Below, piece after piece: positions 9,361-16,940 of a DNA stretch of 26,660 nucleotides (the first letter of the stretch is position 1; each line of letters starts with the position of its first letter). Origin of the DNA: a virus (lineage: Duplodnaviria; Caudoviricetes); the IMG/VR virus record IMGVR_UViG_3300005512_000282, positions 1 through 26,660 of that record. One strand, given 5' to 3'. Position numbers and translations under genes: made by a program. The notes below the pieces were generated by a model, which ran no database searches, was not told the DNA's origin, and saw only the letters and a program-made list of their open reading frames with translations.

Positions 9361-9532
9361 GCGTCATCACGACGGGCGAGTGACCCACTGGACGCTGTAC
9401 GATGAAGAGCATCTGATTGAATGCACCAGAGACGCGAGAATGCACCACGATTATGAAGGCGACCTAGACGATTTAGACGAGTATATCGAATGGCTGCGTA
9501 GCGATCTCGCAGGACTGGAGGCAGCAGAATGA
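9335..9532 (+). CDS. Small acidic hypothetical protein (65 aa)
   Basis: ATG at 9335; ATGA coupling to the next gene. Confidence 0.6.
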   Translation: MKYPIQMIERHHDGRVTHWTLYDEEHLIECTRDARMHHDYEGDLDDLDEYIEWLRSDLAGLEAAE

Positions 9533-10005
9533 ACATATTTGCTCTTGATCAGGACCCCGTGCGTGCTGCCCAAATGCAATGTGATAACCATGTGGTTAAA
9601 ATGACACTTGAAACCGGGCAGATTTTATCAACGATCCAGCGGGCTTATGGTAACGATGACGCTATCCTGTACCGCTCGACCCATATCCACCACCCGTGTG
9701 TGTTGTGGGCGGGGGGCAGTATTGAAAATTATGGGTGGCTGGTCCGGCATTTTTATGCCTTGGCCGGGGAATACGCGCACAGGTACGGGCGTTCCCATTT
9801 GACATTTGAGAAGCTGCATCGTGTGGTCACGCAGACCCCGGATTTAAAAAAGCGGGCGATGACGCCGTTCGCATTAGCGATGCCGGATGTTTATAAGTCA
9901 GACGACCCCATTGATTCCTATCGCCGCTATTATAAAGGTAGCAAAGCCCACTTATTGAAGTACACCAAAAGGGAGAAGCCGTCATGGATCAAAAGGAAGA
10001 ATTAA
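9529..10005 (+). CDS. Pyrimidine-dimer DNA glycosylase (DenV/endonuclease V)-like protein
   Basis: MNIF.LD..P...A....D.HVVKM.LE..Q.LST, TH.HHPC..W and YRRYY...K motifs. Confidence 0.75.
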   Translation: MNIFALDQDPVRAAQMQCDNHVVKMTLETGQILSTIQRAYGNDDAILYRSTHIHHPCVLWAGGSIENYGWLVRHFYALAGEYAHRYGRSHLTFEKLHRVVTQTPDLKKRAMTPFALAMPDVYKSDDPIDSYRRYYKGSKAHLLKYTKREKPSWIKRKN

Positions 10006-10157
10006 TGGAGCGCTCAACCTACTGCGACGAATGCTGGCATGGGGTCCGAGTGGACGACTTTTATGGCACGGGCGACAGCCCGACCGTTATTGAATGCATG
10101 GCGCAAAGCCCGGACGACTGTCCGTATGTGGAGGATTATTATGAAGATCGAAATTAA
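10005..10157 (+). CDS. Four-cysteine microprotein (50 aa), absent from the ORF track
   Basis: MERSTYCDECWHGVRVDDFYGTGDSPTVIECMAQSPDDCPYVEDYYEDRN; TAATG coupled. Confidence 0.6.
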   Translation: MERSTYCDECWHGVRVDDFYGTGDSPTVIECMAQSPDDCPYVEDYYEDRN

Positions 10158-10311
10158 CACCAGCAATTCGGCATTTGGGGAGACGCCGCAAGAATGGCGG
10201 GCGGAGGTTACCCGTATTTTAGAAACTGTGATTGATCACTTAAAAGATTTCAATTACAACAAGCCTTTGTACGATAGTAATGGCAACAAGGTTGGGTATT
10301 ATGAAAATTGA
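10141..10311 (+). CDS. Hypothetical protein (56 aa)
   Basis: GGAGG RBS. The I.T.N.AF...RIL...D.NGNKVG pattern is seen in phage early proteins. Confidence 0.65.
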   Translation: MKIEINTSNSAFGETPQEWRAEVTRILETVIDHLKDFNYNKPLYDSNGNKVGYYEN

Positions 10312-10393
10312 CGAACCTTTGGTCGTGGTGACTATGGCAGCGATCGTGTTAGCGATGGCGATTTTTATTATTTATTTTGGAGGTGGTAAATGA
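10301..10393 (+). CDS. Single-TM microprotein (30 aa)
   Basis: MKIDEPLVVVTMAAIVLAMAIFIIYFGGGK; fills the gap with overlaps at both ends. Confidence 0.5.
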   Translation: MKIDEPLVVVTMAAIVLAMAIFIIYFGGGK

Positions 10394-10641
10394 AAATTGT
10401 ACGATTTGAAGATGGTCTGTATGCAATCAGGCGCTGGAGACCATTCCAGTACGAATATCTGTGGATTTCGTCTTTGATGTCCAACGATACGTTAATTTGG
10501 GACTCCGAGCGCAATAGTAAGCGTTTTATTGAATACGCGACAACGCCGGAACTGGAGACTGTAAGAATAGCCCTTGATCGCTATCACCAAGTCAAATACG
10601 GCCCAAAACGTGGGCCAGGTATAATTATCGACACGGACTGA
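10390..10641 (+). CDS. Hypothetical protein (83 aa)
   Basis: GGAGGT RBS and ATGA coupling. Confidence 0.7.
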   Translation: MKIVRFEDGLYAIRRWRPFQYEYLWISSLMSNDTLIWDSERNSKRFIEYATTPELETVRIALDRYHQVKYGPKRGPGIIIDTD

Positions 10642-10643
10642 TT

Positions 10644-10736
10644 ATGATACAATTAATTAAGAAGTTGATAGCTAAGCTTCTCGGTCATCAAGAGACCAAA
10701 AATTTAATAGAGGATACTAAGAGGTTTTTTTCATGA
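10644..10736 (+). CDS. Amphipathic microprotein (30 aa)
   Basis: MIQLIKKLIAKLLGHQETKNLIEDTKRFFS; exact gap filler with ATGA coupling. Confidence 0.4.
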   Translation: MIQLIKKLIAKLLGHQETKNLIEDTKRFFS

Positions 10737-10951
10737 GTTTCATTGATGAATTGGGTTCTGGGTCTCTCGACCCCCAAGTCATGACAGCTCTCTGCAGAAA
10801 TAAAACCTTTAGAGCGGTTTTCTCGCGATATGTGGCGCGAAATTACGCTGGTGAGTCGGAATTCATACCAGAAACAAAACACATGCTGCGTACAGCATAC
10901 CGAGTCATTCAGAAATTAGAGACATCCTCCCGCCCCCTAGCGGAAAAATAG
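10733..10951 (+). CDS. Hypothetical protein (72 aa)
   Basis: GAGGT RBS; lies in the operon before the primase. Confidence 0.6.
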   Translation: MSFIDELGSGSLDPQVMTALCRNKTFRAVFSRYVARNYAGESEFIPETKHMLRTAYRVIQKLETSSRPLAEK

Positions 10952-10981
10952 GAATCCCCACTTTTTATTTGAGGATGTGAA

Positions 10982-13153
10982 ATGAATGTAGTTGATCTGA
11001 GGTCTTACAACCACCGTAAGACAATTGAATCTATCGCTAAATATTATAATGATCAAAGTTGGTTTGTGATACCGTTAAAATACGGGACCAAGCAGCCATT
11101 AGAAGACAGTTGGAACGAAAAACCGCTAGATTTTGACCTGCTCAAGCAGTACGCGCAGTCACCCATAAACTTGGGGGTATTGCTCGGGAAGCGGGTAATC
11201 GATATTGATCTTGACTGCTCAGAATCCCGGGGTCTGGCAAAGTACATCCTACCGCAAACCGCCGTGTTCGGGCGTCAGACGGCCCCATCATCTCATTGGA
11301 TGTACTCGTTATCGCCGGAATTTGATGATGAAGGTGTGAAGATCCAGCAATGGCGCATGCCAAAAAGCTTGGTGTCGGAAGACGAAAAGTCCATGGTGAT
11401 GGAATTGCGAGGGCTGACCAAGACCGGTAAGTATTCGCAAACGATGTTCCCACCGTCATTGCACCCGAATGGGGAATTGGTGCAGTGGGAGACGGAAGCC
11501 GTGCCCCTGATGATTGAGGATATGGAGCCGCTGCACAAGAGGCTCAAACTGCTGGCAATTGCAAGTGTGATCCTCAAGTGTTGGGACTCGGGGATGCGGG
11601 ATGACCTGTCAATTCACCTGACAGCCCTGCTATTAAAATCCGATTATCCGGCTGACCTAATTATATCCGCGCTTGAAGGCATTATGACCGAGGCGCGGGA
11701 CGAAGAAATGGTAAAGCGTCTGAATTCATCGGTACGCGGGACCATTAGACGATGGGAAGAAGGCGAACCAATCGCCGGGTCGAGTAAGTTACGCGACATC
11801 CTGACTGATGATGTATTCCAATTCATCACCAGAAATGTGGGTGTGGCAGACACCGATATACCGGGGTTGAGTTTTACAGGAAAAGGTGCAATCGAGAAAA
11901 CGACCGAGAATCTATCCCTAATCGTACGCCATGACTCTTTGCTATCGAATATGTTGGCGCGTGACGAAGTAACGAATGACCTTGTATATGTAAGCCCGAT
12001 GCCGGAAGTCGAGAAGTATGGATTTGTGGTACCGGAGGTGCAGTCGTCGTTTAAAGAAGGTCACGAGTTGGGGCTGTCTGTATACATCGCTAACAAGTAC
12101 CGAGTATCGTTCGGGCCAGAGCGTTTATATAAGGTATTGATTGATATTGCATCGACCACGAATTCGGTGAACTTCCTAGCGGACCGTATCAAGCAGTGTA
12201 GATGGGACGGAGAAGAGCGGGTACCAACATTGTACCAAAAGTTGTTCGGGGTCAAAGGATCATTTTATTCGACAATGGCTAAAGCGTGGTTCCGTACAGC
12301 TGTGCGTAGAGTGTTTGAGCCTGGGTGCCCAATGGAGCATATGATCATTCTGAAAGGCAAGCAGCACTGCGGGAAGTCTGCGTTTACTAAGATCCTAGCA
12401 TTTGATAATGATCAATGGCATTGCGATTTCAGCGGTATGATGGATAATGTAGAGGCACAACGTCTCGCATCGAGCAAGTGGATTATTGAATTGTCCGAAT
12501 TGTCGTCATTTAGATCAACAAAGGATCATAATACATTAAAGTCGTTCATTACGCGCACAAGTGATGACTACCGCGAATTGTACCGCAACAAGGTAACATC
12601 GCACCCACGCACATGTGTGTTTATTGGGACGACGAATGACGATTCATTCCTAACAGATAGGACGGGCAATCGCCGCTATTGGATTATTGAGATTGACCCG
12701 AAGTACAATGAAAATAACACCATTGATTTGAAGTGGCTGATTGAGAACAGGGATCAATTGTGGGGTGAAGCGTACCATTTATATAAGAACATGACAGAAG
12801 AGGAGATCCAGAAGGAGACCCGGGATATCGGGTTTACGACGCGCAACCATGAAATACATGAAAAGCACATGGTGGAAAACGTACTCACAGCGATGGATGG
12901 GGGACTAGCATTCGTTGTACAGAGATTCAAGCAGAAGGGGTATGTAACATCGGCTGAATTTTTGACAGACTTTGCACAGCACTCAGTACAGAATATTAAA
13001 GCGTTCAATATGAACATGGCTGCTGATGCATTAAAAGAATTCGGGATGGCCAAGAGACGGCGCAAAGTGAATGGAAAGCACAAGAATGTGTTCGTATTCG
13101 ATGGCCCGATTCCGGATACCACTTCTTCTTCAATTGAGGAAGAAGAGTATTAA
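10982..13153 (+). CDS. Bifunctional primase-polymerase (AEP) fused to a VirE/VapE-type helicase ATPase (723 aa)
   Basis: N-terminal K.P...W, NLG, DIDLD and SHW motifs. C-terminal Walker A GKQHCGKS, IIELSE, and FIGTTN...FLTDRTGNRRYW. Confidence 0.88.
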   Translation: MNVVDLRSYNHRKTIESIAKYYNDQSWFVIPLKYGTKQPLEDSWNEKPLDFDLLKQYAQSPINLGVLLGKRVIDIDLDCSESRGLAKYILPQTAVFGRQTAPSSHWMYSLSPEFDDEGVKIQQWRMPKSLVSEDEKSMVMELRGLTKTGKYSQTMFPPSLHPNGELVQWETEAVPLMIEDMEPLHKRLKLLAIASVILKCWDSGMRDDLSIHLTALLLKSDYPADLIISALEGIMTEARDEEMVKRLNSSVRGTIRRWEEGEPIAGSSKLRDILTDDVFQFITRNVGVADTDIPGLSFTGKGAIEKTTENLSLIVRHDSLLSNMLARDEVTNDLVYVSPMPEVEKYGFVVPEVQSSFKEGHELGLSVYIANKYRVSFGPERLYKVLIDIASTTNSVNFLADRIKQCRWDGEERVPTLYQKLFGVKGSFYSTMAKAWFRTAVRRVFEPGCPMEHMIILKGKQHCGKSAFTKILAFDNDQWHCDFSGMMDNVEAQRLASSKWIIELSELSSFRSTKDHNTLKSFITRTSDDYRELYRNKVTSHPRTCVFIGTTNDDSFLTDRTGNRRYWIIEIDPKYNENNTIDLKWLIENRDQLWGEAYHLYKNMTEEEIQKETRDIGFTTRNHEIHEKHMVENVLTAMDGGLAFVVQRFKQKGYVTSAEFLTDFAQHSVQNIKAFNMNMAADALKEFGMAKRRRKVNGKHKNVFVFDGPIPDTTSSSIEEEEY

Positions 13154-13168
13154 CGCAAGGAGAGTAAA

Positions 13169-13429
13169 ATGAGTGATTTAACCGTACGCCCGAATACTGA
13201 AAAGTATGCGAAGGGCCGAACTAAAGAGGGCTTCCGTTTCATTGATAATGGTGATGATATAGCTGAAAAGCTGCGGGGGCTGCATATTCAGGAGGTGTAC
13301 AGCGTGGTTGCAAGCGCACTTGGGGTAAAAGCCAAGGAGCTAAAGGCCAAGTACGAGCATTTGAACATTGGTATGCAACGCATGGCCCTCGGTAATTTAA
13401 TGAGAGGACACTTGAAGAAAAATGCCTAA
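13169..13429 (+). CDS. Uncharacterised basic protein upstream of purZ (86 aa)
   Basis: AAGGAG RBS. D..AEKLRG and Y.HLN.GMQRM.LGN..RG motifs; paralog of the 7480-7923 C-terminus. Confidence 0.8.
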   Translation: MSDLTVRPNTEKYAKGRTKEGFRFIDNGDDIAEKLRGLHIQEVYSVVASALGVKAKELKAKYEHLNIGMQRMALGNLMRGHLKKNA

Positions 13430-13484
13430 AAAACCAGTATGGCCATGGCCAGATTATGATAGCGTCATAGACGAAGAGGTACCA

Positions 13485-14513
13485 ATGAAAATCACAACAA
13501 TTGTTGATGCACAATTTGGATCAACCGGCAAAGGATTAGCGGCGGGTTACTTTGCCGAAAAATACGAACCCGATACCATTATGACAGCTTGGGCACCCAA
13601 TGCTGGCCATACTAGTTTCTTCAAGACTGAAGAAGGTTACCACGAACTCAAGCACACGATGCTGGCCAATGGCGTTGTATCAAAACGCTTGGAGCGTCTC
13701 TTAATTGGGCCGGGGACCGTGCTTAATGTGGAGGCCTTCATGGTCGAGTGGAATAATGCAATTGCTGTATTACCACACTTGGCCAATGTGGCTGTGTACA
13801 TCCACGAAGCGGCGATGGTCCTCACGGACGAGCACCGAGCCATGGAAGCATCAGACGAGCACGCCAAGATCGGGAGCACCCGTAAGGGGTCGGGGGCGGC
13901 CCTGATGATGAAGATCGCACGCAAGGGTCAGCTGGCTGGGGATGCGGATTTGCCGCCCTTATTTCACCCGGTGGACCCAAGCTGGTGGCGGTCTTTGGTC
14001 AGCATGAGCGAAGTTGTGCAAATTGAGGGCGCACAAGGTTTCTCCCTTGGTATAAACCGGGGTTTTTGGCCCAAGTGTACAAGTCGCGAATGCACGCCAC
14101 AGCAGCTGATGGTGGATTTAGATCTACCACGCCATTTCTTGAAAGATATGCACATTATCGGGGTTGCTCGTACATTTCCTATTCGAGTGGCAAATCGTTA
14201 CGATGCAGATGGCAACATGACCGAATCAAGCGGACCATGTTATGGTGATCAGCGCGAAGTAACATTTGAGGATATTGGCGTAGAGACCGAGTACACGACC
14301 GTCACCAGATTGCCGCGCCGAGTGTTCACATTCTCGCAGCAGCAGATTCGTGATTTTATCAAAGTGGTAGAACCGGACGAGATTTTCCTTAATTTTGCAA
14401 ATTACTGTGATCGATCGGCTTTGAATACGATTATTCACGGTATTGAGCAAAGCGGGGGTCGGGTGTCCTATATCGGAGAGGGGCCATACAATGAAAACGT
14501 CAAAGAAAAGTGA
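13485..14513 (+). CDS. purZ: PurZ, N6-succino-2-amino-dAMP synthase (alternative in-frame start at 13422)
   Basis: Adenylosuccinate synthetase fold with DAQFGSTGKG (PurA GDEGKG Asp replaced by Ser), PNAGHT, GSTRKG, IEGAQG, RTFPIRV, TTVTRLPRRVFTF and FLNFANY. GAGGT RBS before 13485. Confidence 0.93.
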   Translation: MKITTIVDAQFGSTGKGLAAGYFAEKYEPDTIMTAWAPNAGHTSFFKTEEGYHELKHTMLANGVVSKRLERLLIGPGTVLNVEAFMVEWNNAIAVLPHLANVAVYIHEAAMVLTDEHRAMEASDEHAKIGSTRKGSGAALMMKIARKGQLAGDADLPPLFHPVDPSWWRSLVSMSEVVQIEGAQGFSLGINRGFWPKCTSRECTPQQLMVDLDLPRHFLKDMHIIGVARTFPIRVANRYDADGNMTESSGPCYGDQREVTFEDIGVETEYTTVTRLPRRVFTFSQQQIRDFIKVVEPDEIFLNFANYCDRSALNTIIHGIEQSGGRVSYIGEGPYNENVKEK

Positions 14514-14631
14514 TGGTGGGAAGGGCAGCAAGCCGCGTCCCATACAGGACCGCAAGCAATTCGAAGACAACTGGGACCAAATTTTCGGAAAGAAAGATGG
14601 AAATACTGACAGCACAAAAGGAAATCTCTAG
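14491..14631 (+). CDS. Basic microprotein (46 aa) with GKGSKPRP...F..NWD.IFGKK motif
   Basis: ATG at 14491 after GGAGAGGGG; bridges purZ and the real mazZ start. Confidence 0.55.
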   Translation: MKTSKKSDGGKGSKPRPIQDRKQFEDNWDQIFGKKDGNTDSTKGNL

Positions 14632-14878
14632 TTGGTGCAACACGGTCTTCCCAGACCGCACCAAAGCCGGGGTCTTAGTAAAATTCTTTGAGGAAATTGG
14701 CGAATTAACCAAATGTCCCAAAGAGGCGCACGAATACGCTGATGTGTTTATTTTGTTGGCGGATTTAGCCGAGTTGAACGGTATCAATCTAGAGGAGGCA
14801 ATTGTCGAGAAAATGGCGATAAACAAGAACCGCCAATGGAAATTGGATAAAGAACTTGGTATCATGAACCACATTTAA
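14597..14878 (+). CDS. mazZ: MazZ, MazG-like (DUF550) dGTP/dATP pyrophosphohydrolase (93 aa)
   Basis: W....FPDR....K..EEIGEL...EYADVFIL..DLA...G......I..K..IN..R.W; adjacent to purZ. Confidence 0.88.
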   Translation: MEILTAQKEISSWCNTVFPDRTKAGVLVKFFEEIGELTKCPKEAHEYADVFILLADLAELNGINLEEAIVEKMAINKNRQWKLDKELGIMNHI

Positions 14879-14889
14879 TCACTCAGCAA

Positions 14890-14918
14890 TTGACTATGAC
14901 TTACAGGTATGATATCAT
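14890..14918 (+). promoter_or_regulatory. Sigma70-type promoter P3 (extended -10)
   Basis: TTGACT-17 bp-TATCAT with TGn, then a hairpin at 14927-14945. Confidence 0.7.
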
Positions 14919-14974
14919 ATACATATGGGGTCGATAGGCGGCCCTTGTTAATAGACCGCAATAGAGGAAAGATC

Positions 14975-15406
14975 ATGGATACATTATTAAACTTCTGTTC
15001 TGATGACGACCGTTTAGATTTTCTACCAAGCGAATTTGGTGTAGACGGGTTGCGTGTAGAGCAATTAGTATTCAATATCATGAATAAGCTAGTGAAGGAA
15101 TACGACGGGGGCTATTGGGAATTTGCCAATACGGTGAAAGGCGACATCCCCCTGATGTTGTGGGATATTGATAAAGAAGTAATCGCTCGGAATGATGGGC
15201 TTCAAGAAGATATTGCAATGAGCGCCAAGACAGCGAGTCTTGCGGCCAATATTATGGCGTACAACAAGCTGTGTTGGTTCTTTTATGACAATAACAACGA
15301 GCGCAAGGCCAGCCGGTATTGTAAATTGTATTCTGATCTGCGTGATTGGGCGTATGCCAATTTGGGTGATGAAGAGGTTACCGCCATTTACAGGTTCCTA
15401 GACTAA
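14975..15406 (+). CDS. ardB: ArdB/KlcA-family antirestriction protein (143 aa)
   Basis: R..FLP..FG, E..VF..M..L...Y.GGYWEF, MSA..A, Y..LRD.A and C-terminal AIYRFLD. Confidence 0.82.
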   Translation: MDTLLNFCSDDDRLDFLPSEFGVDGLRVEQLVFNIMNKLVKEYDGGYWEFANTVKGDIPLMLWDIDKEVIARNDGLQEDIAMSAKTASLAANIMAYNKLCWFFYDNNNERKASRYCKLYSDLRDWAYANLGDEEVTAIYRFLD

Positions 15407-15612
15407 TGGCAAAGCGAGACCCGAGATTTGTGCAGAGATGCAAGGATGCTGGTCTCAGAGTTGAGACGGTGGAAGGTCGCCTGAAGCGGGGCTGGTCAGA
15501 GGAGGATGCATTTAATGCACCACTCTGCACCCGCTCCGAGGCGGGCCATCGAGCAGCAAAGGCCAGTTCATGGAAAAAATGGGACCCACATAGGTTTAAA
15601 TCATGGAATTAG
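15406..15612 (+). CDS. Small DNA-binding protein with G....T...R...GW..E.A...P motif (68 aa)
   Basis: HTH-like motif; TAATG coupled. Confidence 0.65.
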   Translation: MAKRDPRFVQRCKDAGLRVETVEGRLKRGWSEEDAFNAPLCTRSEAGHRAAKASSWKKWDPHRFKSWN

Positions 15613-15845
15613 TGCGCATACCTAAGCGGTTTTACCAAGACCATTATGAGCGGGGGCTACCCACACCCGAGACGATAAAATCAACGGCGCTGCATTATTG
15701 GATTGATTTGAATGACCCGGCTACTGCGGATTTGATGGACGACGCCAATTTTTATCGTTTGTACATGACTGGTAATTTACAAAGATCGGCTGAGGCCACT
15801 TACAACGCGGGGCGAACGCATGATTTAGGTTCCCCTCCCCGTTAG
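15603..15845 (+). CDS. Hypothetical protein (80 aa)
   Basis: Overlapping operon ORF. Confidence 0.6.
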   Translation: MELVRIPKRFYQDHYERGLPTPETIKSTALHYWIDLNDPATADLMDDANFYRLYMTGNLQRSAEATYNAGRTHDLGSPPR

Positions 15846-15962
15846 TGATCGGCGGGTTGTGTCCCCTCTGATTTGAGAACTCCGGGGGGCGCAGAAAAAC
15901 GTGCGGTGACGCTGGCCACCGAGATCACAAGCCAGCAATTTCACATAAACAAGGAGTATGAG

Positions 15963-16253
15963 ATGGCCAGAGATTGGAATAGTATTGAGAATATGAGTCA
16001 GCTCTCACGCGAGACTGGCATACCGGCACATGTGATTCGGCAGAGAAAGCGAGCTGGGTGGACCGTGGAGCGCACTATCACAACGCCCGTCCGCAAATTT
16101 GCTACATCACCGGGTGTTAGAAAGGCAGCGCCCAAAAAGGCGGAAGCCCCACTAGTGGCCCCGAATAAAGACATCGGTTGGATGTGGGTCGTAGCTGTTG
16201 GTATTTTGGTTGGCCTTGCTGTGGTTGTTGCGCAGGAAGCCGGGGTCTTATGA
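15963..16253 (+). CDS. HTH-like domain plus C-terminal TM anchor (96 aa)
   Basis: AAGGAG RBS. LSRETGIP...IRQR...GWTVE..I.TP motif, then hydrophobic WMWVVAVGILVGLAVVVA. Confidence 0.7.
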   Translation: MARDWNSIENMSQLSRETGIPAHVIRQRKRAGWTVERTITTPVRKFATSPGVRKAAPKKAEAPLVAPNKDIGWMWVVAVGILVGLAVVVAQEAGVL

Positions 16254-16579
16254 GCGAGGTCGATCCATATGGGTTAGATCAACACAATAAGGGGGCCAAG
16301 TTAGATGACGGCAAAGATTTACCCTGGCTGTTCGTCTCTGGTTTTCCTAATGTGATCACAGCTCTAGCGGACCTTACGACCAAGGGCGCTAGAAAGTACA
16401 CCCCGGGCGGGTGGGCGTATGTCCCGGATGGCAAGAACCGGTACATGGAGGCCTTCGGGCGCCATATGATGGCTCATGCTAGGGGGGAGGAGACCGACCC
16501 CGACACCGGGTGCTTACACAAAGTACAAATGATATGGAATTTAATGGCAAGCCTTGAGTTGGAGATGAGAGATGACTGA
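16250..16579 (+). CDS. DUF5664-type dATP/dGTP diphosphohydrolase (109 aa)
   Basis: GAK.D.GK, GA.KY..GGW, RY..A..RH, D..TG.LH.....WN motifs. Confidence 0.8.
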   Translation: MSEVDPYGLDQHNKGAKLDDGKDLPWLFVSGFPNVITALADLTTKGARKYTPGGWAYVPDGKNRYMEAFGRHMMAHARGEETDPDTGCLHKVQMIWNLMASLELEMRDD

Positions 16580-16940
16580 TTTCGGTGAGCATGTTGATCG
16601 TCCTGATGTGCTGGATGGTATTACTTACAAAATACCGCGTGAGAATGGGTCGGTGTATGTAACTATTAATGATTTGATTTACAACGGAGCGCACCGCCCG
16701 TATGAGATTTTCGTGCGTTGTGATGATCCCAACACCAACGAATGGACAACGGCATTGACCCGTGTATTATCTGCCACTCTGCGTAAAGGTGGTAAGCTTA
16801 GTTTCCTGATTGATGAGTTGCTTCAGGTGCATAACCCAGCCGGGGGTTTCTGGTCAAAGGGTAAGTACCAGCCGTCCACGGTGGCGGCTATTGGTGAAGT
16901 TATTAACAAGCATTTCGAAAGTATTGGGTTTCAGGAATGA
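16572..16940 (+). CDS. Stand-alone TSCPD-domain protein (NrdJ C-terminal/NrdJb-like, 122 aa)
   Basis: RP..L.G.TYKI, YVTIND, RP.EIF, ALTR.LS..LR.G and S.VAAIG..I motifs. Confidence 0.75.
   Translation: MTDFGEHVDRPDVLDGITYKIPRENGSVYVTINDLIYNGAHRPYEIFVRCDDPNTNEWTTALTRVLSATLRKGGKLSFLIDELLQVHNPAGGFWSKGKYQPSTVAAIGEVINKHFESIGFQE

Noticed and set aside
13485-14513. Canonical purA auxiliary metabolic gene
   Set aside because: The catalytic Asp of GDEGKG is Ser, TKLD is replaced by NFANY, and mazZ/datZ are neighbours.
14510-14596. N-terminal extension of MazZ in the 122-aa ORF
   Set aside because: Family similarity starts at Met 14597, and the alternative frame encodes a more plausible peptide.
15836-15940. 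tRNA gene
   Set aside because: No T-loop GTTCRA or cloverleaf; no tRNA was recognised anywhere in the window.
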